A DNA stretch of 63,217 nt, filler included, from Nemertoderma westbladi (taxonomy: Eukaryota; Animalia; Xenacoelomorpha), in NCBI GenBank assembly GCA_032718475.1. It is 4 parts of 4 records of this genome, joined end to end, with 100 filler letters (N's around TTAATTAATTAA, not from the genome) between each part and the next. Parts side by side here need not be neighbours in the genome. Positions count along the whole stretch, not along the records: positions 12,025 to 37,356 come from JAUCBJ010006280.1; 3 more parts are not named here. The stretch is one strand, 5' to 3'. The notes beneath the pieces were generated by a model. That model was not told the DNA's origin. It searched no databases and was given only the letters and a program-made list of their open reading frames with translations. A program made the position numbers and the translations under genes. This document shows, piece after piece, positions 25,026-37,456 of this stretch; position 1 is the stretch's first letter, and each line of letters starts with the position of its first letter.

Positions 25026-25756
25026 AATATATCTGTTAGATGATTTGTAGCCTCAACAGAAAGTAAAATAAATATTCTGACCTTTTACAGTATAACATGG
25101 AGGTAACAGGGTGTCGCTAAACGCTATGGAGACAGACATCAGTCAAGCCGTCAACATTTATAAACAGCTATGAAAGGAACGTGCTACTGTACAATCAATG
25201 GCAGGTTATTCAAACTAAAACATTAAACGGGTATCAAAGTCATTCATTACAGTTTTATTTATGTTACTATTATAAAAAATCAAATTTTTGTGGGACTGTG
25301 GAAAGGTTGTGGGCTGTCGGAAAAGCGTTTGTTTACAGGTTCAACTATTTACAGTATATTCCAAATATAATTCAATCTCATTAATATTTGTAGAATAATT
25401 ACTATTAGTAGAATTATTAATAATTGCCCTACAGCCACGGTGCAGTGTCCATATGGCATAGGTCAAGGCTTCCTTTAATAAAGTACATAGGCCTATTAAA
25501 GGACGCCTTGGCATTGTTGATAGGTACATGAAAACACATTATTTCACGCCTTGGCATTGTTGATAGGTACATGAAATCACATTATTTCACTAATTCGCTC
25601 GTTTGACTATTTTTATTAGATTCTAACCATTCAGTACAGTATAAGAATTATGATTCTTCGATTTCAACAACGTATATCATGAGTAGTGTACGTACCCCTC
25701 ATACAGTATGGCAGCGGTGTGAATCACAAATGAATCCTCGAAAGTTAAAAACGTAA

Positions 25757-25892
25757 ATTTTCTTCGGCCGTTAGGCCAGAGACTATATTAAGCACAAAGT
25801 CTTACGACTTATTTCCAGCGTGCCTTGGCCCCCATGCGGGGATTGAACCCACGACCTCCGAGAGATACGAAATAAATGTAACCACTACAGGT
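25757..25892 (-). mobile_element. Internally deleted tRNA-derived SINE (same family as 44765)
   Basis: Reverse complement reads TGTAGTGGTT...GTCGTGGGTTCAATCCCCGCAT...GGAAATAAGTCG...CTAACGGCCGAAGAAAATT, matching both ends of the 44765-45035 element. Confidence 0.75.
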
Positions 25893-25937
25893 GTGACTCT
25901 ATTGAAGTATTAAAAATGTGTAATTACTGTTATATTG

Positions 25938-26090
25938 TATAAAAATAGTCAGACTGCATGAGTACCGCTGTATCTATAAAAATAGTCTGACTGCATGAGT
26001 ACCTCTGTATCTATAAAAAATAGTCAGACTGAATGAGTACCTCTGTATCTATAAAAAATAGTCAGACTGCATGAGTACCTCTGTATCAAT
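25938..26090. repeat. About 37-bp tandem repeat, 4 copies
   Basis: TATAAAAA(A)TAGTCAGACTGCATGAGTACCTCTGTATC units. Confidence 0.9.
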
Positions 26091-26207
26091 ATTATTATAA
26101 GTTGTAACAACCTAACATTAACAATCGCAATCCTATCTGTATTTTACCACACTTTTCTAGTTTTATTTTGTATTGTACAGTAGGCCTACCCTTATTATTA
26201 GTTAACC

Positions 26208-26250
26208 TTATCTGATGAAGCACCGCCAGTCGGTTCGAAATATATTATAA
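26208..26250 (+). ncRNA. Minimal type I hammerhead ribozyme motif (Penelope-like)
   Basis: TTAT-CTGATGA-A-GCACCG-CCAGT-CGGTTC-GAAA-TATATT-ATAA: catalytic boxes, stem I TTAT/ATAA, stem II with one mismatch, and a palindromic stem III region AATATATT. Confidence 0.6.
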
Positions 26251-26456
26251 TCTCGTTATAACAGTATAATCTCGCAATAAACTTAATTACATGTATATTT
26301 AATTTATACATGTTAAATACAGTAGGCCTACTTGTAGCATAATACCATCTCGTGGCCTCATAAAACGCCAATCACAGAGGTTTGGTGGTTTTGTGAAATA
26401 AATATAGTTATTCTTATTTTGTTATCTGCTTATTACAAATACAGTATGTATGTCAG

Positions 26457-26676
26457 CTAGTTTGGAATCACTGTTTCGATGCCCAACTCTTCCAATTCTT
26501 TTATATCGTTCTCATGCAATGTATCCGCGATGCTACCAGGATGGTTACCAACACCAAATACGTCATCCCAGAGGTTTACCCTTCCACTACACCCCAGTGG
26601 CAACTTCTTGAGTCTCTCGTTCTTGTCGTAATATAAATTGATATAAAAATTACACATCTCATCACTATCGTCCCAT
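26457..26676 (-). CDS. PHM: PHM-like copper monooxygenase, terminal exon
   Basis: Acceptor ttctag|A. (G)WDDSDEMCNFYI contains the CuM Met ligand motif EMCNxY. Stop TAG at 26457. No PAL domain follows. Confidence 0.85.
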
Positions 26677-26727
26677 CTAGAATATAGATAATTAATTAAG
26701 ATAATTAGGTTTATGGCATATTATTAG

Positions 26728-27185
26728 TGTAGTAGGATCGGCATGCTGCATTGCAGCTACATTTTTAAGAATGCTGTGTCTGCTTGTCGACAAAATTGCG
26801 CCGCCACAACTCCCTATCACCCATGACATTTGCTAGATCATCCGCATCTTCAAGGCCAGTGTCCTTTAAGATGCGTCTCAAGAAAGTCATGGGCTGTCCA
26901 ACATGCTTATTCACTCCATGAGGCTGCCAAAGCACAAGATTATGTACTGGCACTAGAAGCAGCCTGTTCTAATGAGCTGAGGAACCGTTGGGCTCCCTCT
27001 AGCGATTCTGAGAGTACTCCTAAGTCATCAGCGTAGGTCATACCTACATATCCTACATCATAGGTACTTGGCAGGATTTCCTTGACTTCTGGAGCCAGTA
27101 GGTGGAGTTACCATTACCCCATCATCATTTTCATTATGATGATCTAAGGACATGCGTAGAACATAGTCAACCACAATTATGAACA
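26728..27185 (-). mobile_element. Internally deleted RTE-clade LINE copy
   Basis: Nearly identical to the 3' end (LWQPHGVNKH...MGDRELWR) and part of the RT region of the 33068 copy. Confidence 0.85.
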
Positions 27186-28407
27186 TTATGAACACATTAT
27201 TAGTGTAATGTTGAGTGTAAAGTGTAGGCCTAATCCTTTCTAGTCTTGTAATCTACTGTACTTCTGTACCTAACAATGTAATCCATAATTGATAAGTAGC
27301 GAGTGCCATTTTCACAATCCGATCTCCAGTGATGGTGCTAATCAAGGTAAGAACTGTAATATATCAATTGCTAGATTAGGACATTTAAATACGCAATTTT
27401 ATTTGAAAAAGGCTCTTTTTCTCACTAATATTTTCAAAATTTATTTAATTAATCTAACATTTTTTCACTACTTTCCAGGCAATTAGTTAAAAAAGGGTAT
27501 TTTTTTTTAAACCTAATTTTAGCTTACTGCACAGCTAGCTCACACAATCTTCCCTTTGTACAGTACCGGTACTTGTACACGGTACTGCGGTAACAGAGTA
27601 CGCCAAGTATTGTCTCACTGTACAGTACTATAAAAATACTGAATACTGGGATTGATCGGCAGACTGGGGAACTGTAGATTGGCCATCGTCTCCCCAAATA
27701 AGCACACTACGGTGTACAGTAGTATACTCTGTTTGGTATCAGCATAAAAAACACTATAAACAACGAACTTGGAGAATATTTATTTCAAATATTTTGCCGC
27801 TTAGCAGTAGAATGGAGTACTGCAGACTGGCCACCCCCCCCCCCCCCCCCCCTCCCCTCCAAAAAAAAAGAAAAAAACACGCAGCTTATTGTGTAAAGGT
27901 CCTAAGTAGCAGCTAAAAATCATTATTAATAACAAAATAGGATACGATTTTCACTTTCAGACATTTCGCCTCCTAGTGGCAGACCGCAAACTGGTCAGCG
28001 TCCTCCCAACACGCAGCCTATGGTCAGGTAGAATTTCTTCTGCAAAGTGTCACTTAGAACAGAGTGGGTCCGATGATGCAACTGCTGTTTACTTCCTGCT
28101 TGCTGACCAGTAATTTGGTCGATAACAAAACAATTACAGAATAACGCAATTTTACCTCAAATACGCATTCATGCAAGCCCAAGCAAATGTGTAAAAAAAT
28201 AGCCTCGAGATAGCCTTTACACTTCATGTTATGTCCACGGGCTCAGGATGGCGGCGACCACAAAATACGCATTCACACAAGCAAACACGTAAAATTAGCC
28301 TCGAGATAGTGATAGTTTACGTGCTCGGGATGAGAGCTTTCGATCGATGCATCATTCGCTCATATTGGTGCTCGTGTGTCGGACAGACTTGGACAGACTC
28401 ATATCCG

Positions 28408-29325
28408 AAATTATTGGAAGTTACTTAAAGACACACCCGAACACACTCGCAAAACTGCCGAACACAATCGAACACAGTCGAAAATGTACCAATAAAATTA
28501 GGCTTGCATTGCTTTTCTATAAGCAAATCCCCGAAATTATTGAACAAAATTGTCACGAAATGAAACCGTACCGATACCAGATACATAGAGGCTGAGAGGC
28601 CTTCTGGCCTTGCGATACCGTACGTCATGCAGTCATGTACGTACGGTAACCGGTGGTAGGCCTAACTTCCTAGTTCATATCTTCAACAATCAGTCCAGCA
28701 GTCCCAGCACAAGCCACAAGCTAATCCAGTACACAGGCCTATTATAGGTAACCCGCTATTAAACTATACATGTATATGTACATGTACATATAAACTGTGA
28801 CAGGTACCCGGTATGCTTCCCTGCTCTACAGTACAGCAGTAGGACGTAGGTACCCGGTATGCTTCCCTGCTGTACAGTACAGCAGTACAGCAGTAGGACA
28901 GGTACCCGGTATGCTTCCCTGCTGTACAGTACAGCAGTAGGACAGGTACCCGGTATGCTTCCCTGCTGTACAGTACAGCAGTACAGTACAGCAGTAGGAC
29001 AGGTACCCAGTATGCTTCCATGCTGTACAGTCTGACAGTACAGCAGTACACAACAAATTAAGAATTGAGCGGTTACGAACCTACCGGTAGGTGGTAAGCG
29101 ACATGATACCTGATACCATCAGCTGATCTGATAAGAAATAAATATTTAATTTCGCGACAATTTTATTCAATAATTTCTGGGATTTACTAATAGAAAAGCA
29201 ACGTGTGCTAATTGTATCTAAAAAAGTTGGTACCTGGTTTTATATTTTTGTACTCTTTCTATTTTCGACTGTGTTCAACTGTGTTCGGTCGTATTGCTCT
29301 TTTAAGTACCTTCCGAAATAATTTA
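28408..29325. mobile_element. MITE/foldback element with long imperfect TIRs enclosing a 42-bp tandem array
   Basis: Inverted pairs GAACACAGTCGAAAAT / ATTTTCGACTGTGTTC and GAAATTATTGAACAAAATTGTC / GACAATTTTATTCAATAATTTC. Internal repeat CAGGTACCCGGTATGCTTCCCTGCTGTACAGTACAGCAGTAGGA at about 28800-29050. Confidence 0.7.
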
Positions 29326-29796
29326 TTCCACAAAATATTGGGATGGCTATTTCATATTTGTTAATGGGATTTCTGTGGAATGATCTTAAAAATAATATTG
29401 AGTCCTTATAAATAAGCTACATATTTTCACTGATGCATTAACAGGTTTAATTGATCTTATAACATTTAAATATAATTATCGGCATAAAATAATTTTTCAT
29501 ATTTCTGACAAATTGAGCAGCCTGCGGCTACGATCTTAATTTTACCCATAAAACACAAATTTACTGTCAATACATATCTGCCATCAGTCTCTCATACTGG
29601 TACCGTCTGTGCCTTTGGGTTGGGGTGCAGATTAAAAAGTGGGGAACACACTGTCCCCCTTTCTTTGAATGGTTGGCGGTTTTTTAAATTTCTTAAATAA
29701 CGTATTTGATTTTGTGATAGAATCGATTATAATTTGTGTCTCATAACGGAACCTCGTGCTGCGCGAAGGCCCCACGAAGGTGTACTGTTTACATAC

Positions 29797-29926
29797 CCTT
29801 GAGCAACAATTCCATCACCATTGTTGTAGAAGGTGCACCTCGCGGCTATGTAATCTCCAGGGGCTATTGTCATACCGTTGGTGGTTGTGGGATATCCTCT
29901 TTGAGTAAGACGAGGGCTCTTCTTTC
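29797..29926 (-). CDS. PHM: PHM-like monooxygenase exon
   Basis: ttag|GA...GG|gtatgt. (G)KKSPRLTQRGYP...IAPGDYIAARCTF...AQG aligns with PHM GRQNPQLPQAFYP...GDILAARCVF. Confidence 0.85.
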
Positions 29927-30009
29927 CTAATTTGTATGACAAATAAGTAAATATTAATATTGAAACGATATTTGTTGTATATAAAATCAAATATATAAAT
30001 ACATTAACT

Positions 30010-30650
30010 CCAAGGGAAATCTTACTGCATTTTGGACCCTCCGACGGCAGTATAAACGACTTCTCAAAAGAAAAAGACGGGCATACGAAGAATCGCAGTT
30101 GTTAGACCGAATTAATGACTCTGAAATTGATCCCTGGACTCTATTAAGTGTTAAAAAAGGCAATGAAATTGCACCCATTCCTTCCGATAAACTTCACTCG
30201 CACTTCCAGGCTCTTCTTGGGGAGGAGAATAAACCTATAGGCTGCCCAGATGCCCCGAAAATCAGTGAAGGTGAACGACTAATTACAGAATGGTATAATA
30301 ATCCAATTGAAAAGGAAGAAATAATTGAGACGGTTTACCTTGCTTCCACCAAAAAAGCATCCGGACTCGATGGGGTCTTCTATGAACACTTAAAGCAGGC
30401 TGTTCCGTTCATACTAGTTTATCTTACTCTTATATTTAATCTCTGTTTGAATACCGGCAAGATTCCCGAAGCTTGGCGAACTAGTATAATCAAGGTTATT
30501 TACAAGGGAAAAGGAAAAATTACTGATCCAGACAACTACCGGGGAATTGCGTTAATTTCGGTAATGTTAGAGGTTCTCACGTCCACGTCCAACATAAATA
30601 AACGCGTTCGATCGTTTCTCCATAAAGAAATCCCACTGGAACAATGGGTG
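30010..30650 (+). mobile_element. Non-LTR retrotransposon ORF2 fragment (pre-RT region)
   Basis: KKASGLDGV...E.LK, IPEAWRTSII.VIYKGKG...DPDNYRGIAL. Lies in a PHM intron. Confidence 0.85.
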
Positions 30651-30938
30651 TGTGGTGATGGTGCGACTCTGTGCGCAATCACAATTCATCCTTCTCTTAC
30701 CAATTACTATGAACGGTCATAAAAATACAGTTAATATTACAAAATTCCTTGAAAAATATTGAGGAATTTAAGTGAAACCATGACCTACCTTGTTATAGTC
30801 TCTGTATGGCTATCACACTGTGGTGGGGTAACTATAGATTTAGTTCAATGTAAATGCGTATTGTTTATCTGTTTAACTTAAATATATAATAAGATATTTT
30901 TAATGTTTATGTATTCTGTATTACTGTATTATTTATAA

Positions 30939-31227
30939 TCTATACCTATAAAAATCAAATTCTGTCTCTCTCTCACTCTCTCTTTCTCTCTCTCTCTCTG
31001 TGTTCGAACTCCTCCAAAACGGGCGGAGGGATTGCGCTGGGACTTGGCATGTGTGTATAACTTTAACCAGCGGTCGTTATAGGCCACTTTTCAAAAAGTA
31101 TAATTCACGTTCGGTTCCGGTACTGGGTACCGGTACGTCAGTAGGCCTATACCGGTACCAGTACGCCAGTAGGCATATGCCGGTAGCGGGAAATACCGGG
31201 TAACATGCCTCGGGAATTGCCTGCTAG
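30939..31227 (+). mobile_element. Non-autonomous Helitron-type element
   Basis: A|TCTATACCTATAAAA 5' end, (TC)n tract, imperfect CCGGG...CTCGG subterminal hairpin and CTAG|T 3' end. Inserted between A and T with no TSD. Confidence 0.7.
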
Positions 31228-31553
31228 TATAACATAAAATATAATGTGATGGTAGGACATGGTGAAACTGATGGAAGGCATTTTAGCTTTGCCATATGCA
31301 CACCTGTACTGAGTGCAGGTGATGGTGTCGCTCAGCGTTTATACATTTCGCTGTCATTTGGGTCTGTTTTGTTTTGAAAATTCGCCCAATGAAAAGGCTG
31401 GGGCTGCGCGCAAGCATAATGATATTAACGCCGTATATTGTACAGCGCGATCGGCTCAAATGTCAACTACTATTGTAGGCCTCAGGCTACAATAAATTAT
31501 AATAATTACGTGGTGGTGGTGTACCGGTACTGTATTATAAATAACGGACCCAC

Positions 31554-31688
31554 CAATCTCATTCCAGACCCCGTTTCGTACAACATATCCTGATATTATT
31601 TCTCCAAGGTGGTGACTGTGAACTGAGAACTGATATATATATACAAATGGAGCATTCATTGGCCATAGACATGCCGTCTCCGTAACAC
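31554..31688 (-). CDS. PHM: PHM-like monooxygenase exon with the CuM H-x-H motif
   Basis: ctag|GT...G|gtgggt. VTETACLWPMNAPFVYIYQFSVHSHHLGEIISGYVVRNGVWNEIG aligns with PHM ...[29 protein letters not shown]. Confidence 0.9.
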
Positions 31689-32129
31689 CTAGTTGAAATA
31701 AAATAAAGTATTATCGTTTCTATAAAAACTAATTACATAATTAATAATACTAATGCACGTTAGCCTACAGTACGTGCATTAGTGAAGTTTGGCATTACCA
31801 CCGTGTTTCTCCCAGTGCGTTTCTTGACAAAAAAATCAACCTCTTTTCGCGAATTTGGTTGGTTTTTGAGATAACTTCGCCAAGAGGTGGCGGGTCGCAT
31901 GCAGCTACAGCGGCATCGATAAATGTGATGGATATTCGGGTTTTCTGTAAATCTATCTGCTTATTGATGCCACGATCACAAATAAATCATGTCGAACGAG
32001 CACAGAATGGCTCACTCTTAAAGTTAAAAATTGTATTAATATAAAAGCTTGTAGTTAAACCTGTATAAATCACCATCAAGTCTCATGCACAATACCACCG
32101 TGACTCGACTATTGGACTACTGTACACGT

Positions 32130-32745
32130 TCGTGGGGACTTCGCGCAGCACGTAGTCGGCAAGCCTTGGCATACGGTTCATATAGAGCAAATGGGGCATG
32201 TCTAGTTTGGACCCAATATCCCATGCTATAAATGTATTCATTCGATATACAATCATATGTTAATCCGCTAGGTGGTGTCAAATTGTTATTCTGCAATTTC
32301 GTACTTACCAGTGCAGCACTGTACAGCAGTACCGTACCGGTAGGCCTATGTCATTACTTCTGAGTCTCTAGCGGATCCCCAATTAAATGTCTTAACTTTT
32401 CAATTTCGTAAAAGATAGACTTCATGATTCTCTACAGGCCACCAAAATTTCAGCTCAGGAAAATGAGGCCTTCCCGAGAAATTTAACATTTTCTAAAAAC
32501 TACATAATCTGTCGTAGCTGACGTCAGACTGCATGATTTTTCACCAAACTTTACAAACTTTCTAAACTTTCTCTCTACTACTTACCTACTAAGTTTGGTT
32601 CAATTCCGAACCAGCGATGCAGAGAAATTCGCGTTCAAACATTTACCAGACAGACGGACGGACAGACAGACAGATGGACATGCCCCATTTGCCCTATATG
32701 AACCGTATGCCAAGGCTCGCCGACTACGTGTCTCGCCCCACAATT
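32130..32745. mobile_element. Helentron-associated (HINE/DINE-like) element with about 54-bp inverted repeats and a (GACA/GACG)n microsatellite
   Basis: CACGTAGTCGGCAAGCCTTGGCATACGGTTCATATAGAGCAAATGGGGCATGTC (32149-32202) is inverted at 32677-32730. A GACAGACGGACGGACAGACA tract lies just inside the right repeat. Confidence 0.65.
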
Positions 32746-33067
32746 ACTGTTGTCTGTTGTTGTATTGATATATGAAAATATTGGGGGATTAATCTATATA
32801 GCTGAATATAATTACAAGGTAATATATAAATTGAGTTAATGTAGTCAGGCCTACTGCTACATGCCGACATGCCGTTAGGTGTATATTTAACACCTAGGGG
32901 TCACTACCGTGCTACTGTACTGCTACTGCAGTATATTGAAAGTAATTACATATCCCAGTGTCTCTATACCCATTATGCAATGGGGCGAGCCACGTAATGG
33001 GTGAGTCACGGTGTACATGTCTTGTCTCCTACAGTATACAGTACTTGAGTCAATATTACTACCCTCC

Positions 33068-34275
33068 CTGAAGAGTTATCAAAAAAGAAAGACAGGCATC
33101 TTGCTGTTATCTTTGTTGACTTCTTCAAGGCCTTTAATTCAGTCTCTCGCTCACGTATGTTCAGCATACTTTCATTATATGGGATTCCTGATGAAATTAT
33201 TGCAGCAATCAGATCAGTATACGATGGTTCGACCACATTTGTGTCTACTGTTGACGGTGACACAGAACCACTTGAAGTGTTATGGGGCGTCCTCCAGGGA
33301 GACACACTTGCACCATTCTTGTTCATAATTGTAGTTGATTATGTTCTACGCATGTCCTTAGATCATCATAATGATAATGGGGTGATGATATCTCCACCTA
33401 CTGGCTCCAGAAGTCGAGGAAATCCTGCCAAGTACCTAACCGATCTAGACTTTGCTGATGACTTAGGAGTACTCTCAGAATCACTAGAGGGATCCCAACG
33501 GCTCCTCAGCTCATTAGAACATGCTGCTTCTAGTGCTGGTCTTTTTATTTACTCCAGAAAGACCAAAATTTTGACAGTTAACTTTGAAAGTCCTCAGCAA
33601 GTCTCTGATCGGATGGGCATAAGCTCAAAAGATGGTATGCTTGAGCATGTGGACGACTTCTGTTACCTGGGATCATGGATCCGGAAGTCAGGTGAGGACT
33701 TTCGAATACGTAAGGGAAAGGCATGGGCAGCCTTGAATAGGCTTTCAGGATTTGGAAGTCAACGAGAATTAATCGGAAACTTAAGGTCCGATTATTTAGA
33801 GCAGCAGTAGTTCCAGTACTCCTCTATGGGAGTCCATGCTGGGCTCTAACTGCTGAGGACACCAAATCTCTGGATGGCACATTCACAGGAATGCTACGCC
33901 GGGTTCATTGTGTCAAGTACAATGCACACATCTCCAACCAGACACTATGTAACATTGGAGGTGTCTCATTGGTTCCCCCAAGCTTGACACTAGAACAAAA
34001 TCGCCTCCGCTTTGCAGGACATTGCTTTCGCCGTGAGGACCAGCCAGTGCATAATCTTGTACTTTGGCAGCCTCATGGAGTGAATAAGCATGGTGGACAG
34101 CCCATGACTTTCTTGAGACGCATCTTAAAGGACACTGGCTTTGAAGATGCGGATGCTCTAGCAAATGTCATGGGTGATAGGGAGTTGTGGCGGCGCAATT
34201 TTGTCGACAAGCCGGCACAGCATTCTTAAAAATGCAGCTGCAATGCAGCATGCCGATCCTAGTAGTAGTAGTACT
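33068..34275 (+). mobile_element. 5'-truncated RTE-clade LINE (RT pseudogene) with (AGT)n tail
   Basis: FVDFFKAFNSV, GVLQGDTLAPFLF, DLDFADD and FCYLGS motifs. 1-nt frameshift near 33745 relative to the 55327 copy. Ends GCCGATCCT(AGT)n. Confidence 0.92.
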
Positions 34276-35032
34276 ACCCCCCCCCCCCCCTCTCTCTCTT
34301 TCTTCTCCATTGTAAGGTTTGGAACGCCACTCTATAACCAGCGCTGTCCTGTGATGGCTGTGTCACTTGGGTGGTGGTCAGGTAGTATTTATAGCATAGG
34401 GCTTACATTTTGTATTAATATTAAATGTGTTTTTCTCAATGTATTTGTTTTTTTCTCCCCTAAAACATTGAAAAATCAATTACAATATTTTCACATGCGT
34501 TACTGGGGCTGGGGTTGGTGTTCAAATTAGTATTTTTATTATACTGTATTATATCCAGCAGTATTAAATAAAATATAATAGAATAATCGAGGCTATACTA
34601 TAGTACTAATATGTTGCAGGAATGATGAAGGGAATAGAATAATTGAGGCAATTAATACCAGAAGGGTAAATTAAATAATATTCATTTGAAAAATGTTTAT
34701 CCGGCGATGTGCTATGAGGAATCATTGAACTTAGGTGACTTCTAGAGTTGGTATAGGTATCAGATAGGGAAGAAATTGGGCGCAATAAAAAGTCATCCCT
34801 CTCCAGGGGAAATTGGACGCAAATAACAGCTGATTACTCTCAAAAATAAAACTGTAACCTGTTCTATTGTGTTTAGTAATATTGTTTTAGTTAAATAACG
34901 TGCCACTGTAACCTGCTCCTTTCACCTGCCACTGTAACCTGCCCCCGGTCTCATAGCTATAGCTGAACAGTTTGTACAAGTCTACATGTATAACATCACA
35001 ATTATTATTAAACTTTCAAATAGTTAACTTAC

Positions 35033-35097
35033 CTACTGAATGTGGTTTCAGTTTCACTTCACTAACACTTATGTGAATACTAGAAATATACTTCGGC
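35033..35097 (-). CDS. PHM: PHM-like monooxygenase small exon (65 bp)
   Basis: tttttag|G...G|gtaagt. (P)PKYISSIHISVSEVKLKPHSVG. Phases match both neighbouring exons and it fills the PHM inter-domain linker. Confidence 0.75.
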
Positions 35098-36048
35098 CTA
35101 AAAAAAACATTTAATAAATTAATTGTTTTTATATTTATTATTAATGAAATAAATAATTTTACAATAATTAAATAATAGTTTAAAATATAATTTTACTATG
35201 GATATATAATTTATTAATAAATAATATAAAATATATATATATATTCATAAGTAGAATGATCATGAAAGATCAAAGAATAACCTGGAATGATTTAGAATCA
35301 ATATACGATAAATTGGCGAAGGTATCATTGGGTCAAATCTTCCACAACTATGTCAAACCTTCCACAAAATGGATATCATAGGTTCAATATATCATATCAA
35401 ATTGATGTCATAGGTTCCACAATAAAGCTATTATATAGGCCTAGGTATATACTGTCTAACACCCAAAATATTTTTTATATTATTTCTAAGTAATAATCGT
35501 AGCTAAAACCTAAAAATATGTTTTGATTTGGAATAAAATGTCATAGGCGATATCATGAAAATGAAACTGTTTACCTGAAAATGATACGGCAACAACAAAT
35601 TAAACTAGACAATCCATATCCTAACTACGGCGACTGAATTGTGTCATTTAATTTTAAAAAATTCGATTTAAATTATAAATCATTATATTCATCCACTACT
35701 GTACGGTGGCTGAATTGTGTCATTTAATTTAAAAAAATTCCATTTAAATTTATTATAAATCTTTATATTTAGCCACTATTGTACATACATAACAGATAAT
35801 TTGTAAACAGGAATATTTATTAAAATGTGTACAAATTTTTCGCGTACGAATTCTCTGGGTACTATTACGAAATGTACGGCCAAGAATTAAATAATAGTGT
35901 GTACGAATTATCCGTGGTGAATAGTAGTAGCCTGGGTACGAAATATCCAGGTATGATGAGTATTGACCTAACATAAAAATAAACAATGTGCCTACCAAAT
36001 ATTATATAAACTTAATAAGGTGTTGCCTGGGATATTTAAGCTACTCAC

Positions 36049-36321
36049 GGGATATCAGTGACTGTTAGTAAGATTCCTGGTTCATCAGTTAAATTCGTGT
36101 TTTCATTAAATATTTTGACATCAGCATAGTGTACTGCTATAACAATATAATTGATACCGCTGTCACCCCCTATCTCGTAGCCGGAGTTTTCTGCAAATGT
36201 CACCTGGTAAACATCATCCTTATTCCAACCAATCACGAAGTTGGCATCACCACCACACACACTTGTTGTATTGTCTGTTACTCCCTTAATTTGATGATGA
36301 TTATGAGATCCTCCGCAATGC
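36049..36321 (-). CDS. PHM: PHM-like monooxygenase exon with the CuH His (VHY)
   Basis: ttttag|G...CC|gtgagt. HCGG...VCGGDANFVIGWNKD...GYEIGGDSGINYIVIAVHYAD aligns with PHM ...YAWARDA...GFKVG...KYLVLQVHY. Upstream exons carrying the HH motif were not found. Confidence 0.85.
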
Positions 36322-36404
36322 CTAAAAATAAAAAATATTTACCATTAATTTTCTACAAAACAAATTAACAATAATGAGTTGAGGAAGGTATTGTTTGTTG
36401 GGAG

Positions 36405-37356
36405 TGTATTGTATATGGGTGTAGTTAGGAGTGGAGATAAGTGTTGTTACGAGTGGAGTGGAGATAGATGAAGTTAGGAGTGGAGATAGGTGTAGTTAGG
36501 AGTAGAGTGGGGATAGGTGTAGTTAGGAGTGGATATAAGTGTAGTTAGGAGTAGAGTGGGGATAGGTGTAGTTAGGAGTGGAGATAGGTGTTGCTAGGAG
36601 TGGAGTGGAGATAGATGTAATTAGGAGTGGAGATAAGTGTTGTTAGGAGTGGAGTGGAGATATATGTAGTTAGTAGTGGAGTGGATATAGGTGTAGTTAA
36701 GAGTGGAGTGGAGATAGATGTAGTTAGGAGTGGAGATAGATGTAGTTAGGAGTGGAGAGAGGTGTAGTTAGGAGTAGAGTGGGGATAGGTGTAGTTAGGA
36801 GTGGAGATAAGTGTTGTTAGGAGTGGAGTGGAGATAGATGTACTTAGGAGTGGAGAGAGGTGTTGCTAGAAGTTGAGTGGAGATAGATTTAGTTAGGAGT
36901 GGAGATAAGTGTTGTTAGGAGTGGAGTGGAGATAGATGTACTTAGGAGTGGAGAGAGGTGTTGCTAGAAGTTGAGTGGAGATAGATTTAGTTAGGAGTGG
37001 AGTGGAGATAGGTGTAGTTAGGAGTGGAGATAAGTATAGTTAGGAGTGGAGTGGAGATAGGTGTAGTTAGGAGTGGAGATAAGTGTTGTTAGGAGTGGAG
37101 TGGAGATAGATGTAGTTAGGAGTGGAGAGAGGTGTAGTTAGGAGTAGAGTGGAGATAGATGTAGTTAGGAGTGGAGATAGATGTAGTTAGGAATAGAGTG
37201 GGGATAGATGTAGTTAGGAGTGGAGATAAGTGTAGTTAGGAGTGGAGTGGGGATAGGTGTAATTAGGAGTGGAGATAAGTGTTGTTAGGAGTGGAGTGGA
37301 GGTATATGTAGTTAGTAGTGGAGTGGATATAGGTGTAGTTAAGAGTGGAGTGGAGA
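36405..37356. repeat. Purine-rich minisatellite (GTAGTTAGGAGTGGA(GTGGA)GATAG, 22/27 bp)
   Basis: Visible array running into the spacer. Confidence 0.92.
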
Positions 37357-37456
37357 NNNNNNNNNNNNNNNNNNNNNNNNNNNNNNNNNNNNNNNNNNNN
37401 TTAATTAATTAANNNNNNNNNNNNNNNNNNNNNNNNNNNNNNNNNNNNNNNNNNNN
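37357..37456. other. Artificial contig spacer
   Basis: N44-TTAATTAATTAA-N44. Confidence 0.97.

Noticed and set aside
36405-37356. TTAGG-containing array as a telomere
   Set aside because: TTAGG is only part of a 22-27-bp unit and there is no pure (TTAGG)n tract.
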